Assembly (NCBI RefSeq): GCF_009914755.1
Contig: NC_060937.1
Source: the human T2T-CHM13v2.0 reference genome, Homo sapiens
DNA: 64,000 nt
Reading direction: 5' to 3' (one strand)
Under the pieces are notes generated by a model, which searched no databases, had not been told where the DNA came from, and saw only the letters and a list, made by a program, of their open reading frames with translations. Below, piece after piece: positions 61,151 through 64,000 of the stretch; position 1 is the stretch's first letter, and every line of letters starts with the position of its first letter. The position numbers were made by a program, and so were the translations under genes.

Positions 61151-64000
61151 ACACTGCTTTGTTTTTGGCCTTATTTCTTTTCTTTTAAGTTTTATGTAGC
61201 ATATACCTTTGTAAATTTTTTATAAGACTTCATTAAATACATTTTTAATGAGGCTAGACTGTACCAAAAAACTGTTGGCATTTTGAGTTTTGCTTTATAT
61301 TTACCTTTCTTGCTGAAACACTGCCATTTTCTAGAATTGTGACTGTCTTAACAATGAGAAAAAATAGTGTGTTCTCCATAGTATTATGACACTCATGCAA
61401 TCAGTTTTTGGAGGAAGTGGTCTACTTGACACGGTGAGGTGCTTAAGTCAGCTCTGCCTCTAGCAATATCTACCAAACAATATTTCTTCTGCTGATGTAT
61501 GTTTCTCTAGTGGAAAGCAGTTTTATGATATCGGATAGCAATGATAACTCTTGGTAATGTTAACTTTCCTGTGTACCCTAGGAAGATAAGTTTTTATAAG
61601 CAATTAACACTGATTTCTTAATATAGTAGAAAAAGCTATAACATTTATATGTGTTTCACAGTTACCATTTCTCTACTTTTCCTTCTTGTCAAGTGTGAGT
61701 TTAGTTTAGTGACCAACTTGGATCTTATAGCTCATCTAGAAAGTAGTAAGTAGAAAGTATCTCTGAAGTTACTTTAAACTGTTATCTCCTAAAGTTACTA
61801 CTATTTCTCTTTAAATGACTACTCCATGATAGTTATGCATATTTTTAAGGCCTTACCCTACCTAGCTTAGATTTGGTCTAAGTCACCAAATTTCTCCGTT
61901 AGCAACTGATTTCAACTCAGTATTTATAAAGGATATTCATTGCCATATGAGATAACCTCAATGACCTGGAAGAATTTATGCAATATATAAATGAAGATTA
62001 TATATTTCTTCTGTGTAAGAAAGTTAGAATATAGAAAAAAGTTTTTGCAAGCAGTAGAACAAAATATTTGTTAAAATAAAACATGAAACATTATTAAAAC
62101 AAAAGGCTATATTAAGTGCAAAAGAGGGTAAATACACATTTTTAAAAGAATAGCAGACAAGTTTAAAGAGATATAACTTGAAGTAGTGTGGACATAAGCA
62201 TATATCAAGATGCATTCAAATCTGTATCAATATAACTTTGCTTTTATTATATTTAATGTTATAATTTCAATGTATCTTCATATCAGGGAAGTGTTAATCC
62301 TATTCTAATTTTTCAGAAAAATAATTTCTTCTTGACTGAGGGCTGATGATGCTTTTTATTTTAAATATAATAGTTAATAATAAACAGAAAATCAGAAAAC
62401 CAAAATGAATGTTCTTCAGGAGAATTAATGATAAATTACACTCAATAGATTTAAACACTACTCACTTTATAAATTTTATTTTTTAAAATTATACTTCAAT
62501 TCTGAGGTCTCTTAAGGAACATTGTGCTTTAACTGAATGTATGTATCCTACAACGGTTGTTTTACCAAACAAGAACATCTTGAATGTGTTTATGTTGTAG
62601 ACACATTAATGGATTTTTCATATTAAAAATACCAAGACATTTCCAGATTAGAACGTTGTCTAATTCAAGGCAACCTAACATCAATATTGAATTATTACTA
62701 AAATTTGTGTGTTCCATAAGTATTGTTTAATCAATGAATTTTTTTATTGTTAAGAACAATATTAGATTGAGATATATTTAAGATAGAGGATAATTTCTCT
62801 TAAATCTTCTCAGTTAAGAGCACCAGGAAAATTAATAGACATATTATATTTACAAGCAAACTTTTCAAACTTTCTTCTACCCTTTCTTTGCTATTATCCT
62901 TGCCTCTGAGTGTTAATTCATCATTCTTTTTTTGTCAGCTGTCTGCACTGTTATTTGAGGATTTCCAAAATGCCAGAAGGTGCACTAACAGCTGTAGATA
63001 CTTGAGTCAACAAGGTAACATCAGTTGATTTTGTTCTAGACAATACACAGATACATAATTGCACAGAGTACATGTTGTGGAGGCACTTGGCACATTTCAA
63101 AATATAACTTTTTGTTATTGCACTAAGTGCCTGAAGCGGCACAGAATTTTCACAATAATATTTCTGCCCCCAATTATTTTTTAAATTCTGAAAGTTTGGG
63201 GATCAGGTATTCTTCAAGAGTCACAATAAAAAATGTAATTCTCATAATACTTGGATAAGTTACTAAGCAATCTAACCTCTGCATTGCTCTACTTCTTAAA
63301 TGCACTTCAGTGAATGAAACTGAATGTCCCTATTCAGGAAACATGCTCATGGCATCGGTGGCGTTATACCACATATATGCATGTTGTTAATTTAAAGTTT
63401 AGATAAAAAAGCAATCTCTAATTTATTTATGGTATAAAAAGAAGAGAGATAGAACTAGTCACAGATATTGTACCTAAAGAACTTCAATGTCTAAAGGGAA
63501 ATTTAACTCTGATCCTTTAAGAGTAATCCTGTAAGTTATTAAATTAAACTATATCTATATAGTGTTAGTTATAAATTTAGAAACCTAAGTTTCCCAACTC
63601 ATATTATTTGAGGGTATAGTCACTCCAGTCTCTCAGAGAATATGCAGAACATACATCTCTGGTAGATCCATCATCACCTGAACTGATTGGATTAGAGTGT
63701 ACTGAAAGTTTAAGAGGCTACCTTTAAAGTACTAGCAAATGGAGTGATCAGTTAGTGAGTTCAATTTTCCAGATTCCAGGTAGGATGCAAAAACACCTTG
63801 GTCTGTGGCAGGCTGTGCCCCTAGTGAATACAATAGGAAAGCAAACTGAAAGCATCCTGAAGAATACAGAAAGCTAGAACCAGGTCAGAAAATCAAAAGT
63901 AAGAACACGGAACAGTCGTTCCAGTGACTACATAGAAATCAGTCAGGAGAAATAACTAAAGAGTCAGGATTCAGGCTTACATTTCATGTGATGCTGGAGA

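Noticed and set aside
62951-63142. Minus-strand 63-aa ORF in unique DNA
   Set aside because: Non-ATG start and no recognisable homology; the + strand splice signals explain the region better.
63760-64000. Purine-rich segment resembling an old LTR
   Set aside because: Truncated by the window edge and not confidently assignable.

Overview
AT-rich, gene-poor primate (human-like) genomic DNA dominated by transposable elements. I see no credible protein-coding exon, RNA gene, CpG island or CRISPR array. The supplied ORFs are almost all chance frames in Alu, L1 or LTR sequence. Identifiable content: 13 Alus, most with target-site duplications (TSDs); old L1, L2, MIR and CR1 fragments; two hAT MITEs; and an unusually dense set of LTR elements (MST, MLT1, THE1, LTR8, MER4A, MER52, MER34, LTR33, LTR48-like, LTR10C, LTR40). 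The largest hidden structure is an ancient LTR40-flanked ERVL-class provirus at 37893-52331 with a near-matching 5-bp TSD. It is split by nested L1, Alu and LTR10C insertions and keeps readable pol, integrase and env remnants. Other notable signals are a 53-bp-stem inverted duplication at 16092-16236, a degenerate p53 half-site array in LTR10C, and four co-oriented candidate exons (52919-63014), two of which splice into a 50-codon ORF. Subfamily names come from my recall of consensus sequences, not from a search, and boundaries without TSDs are approximate. I cannot claim a new biological system; the findings are testable leads.
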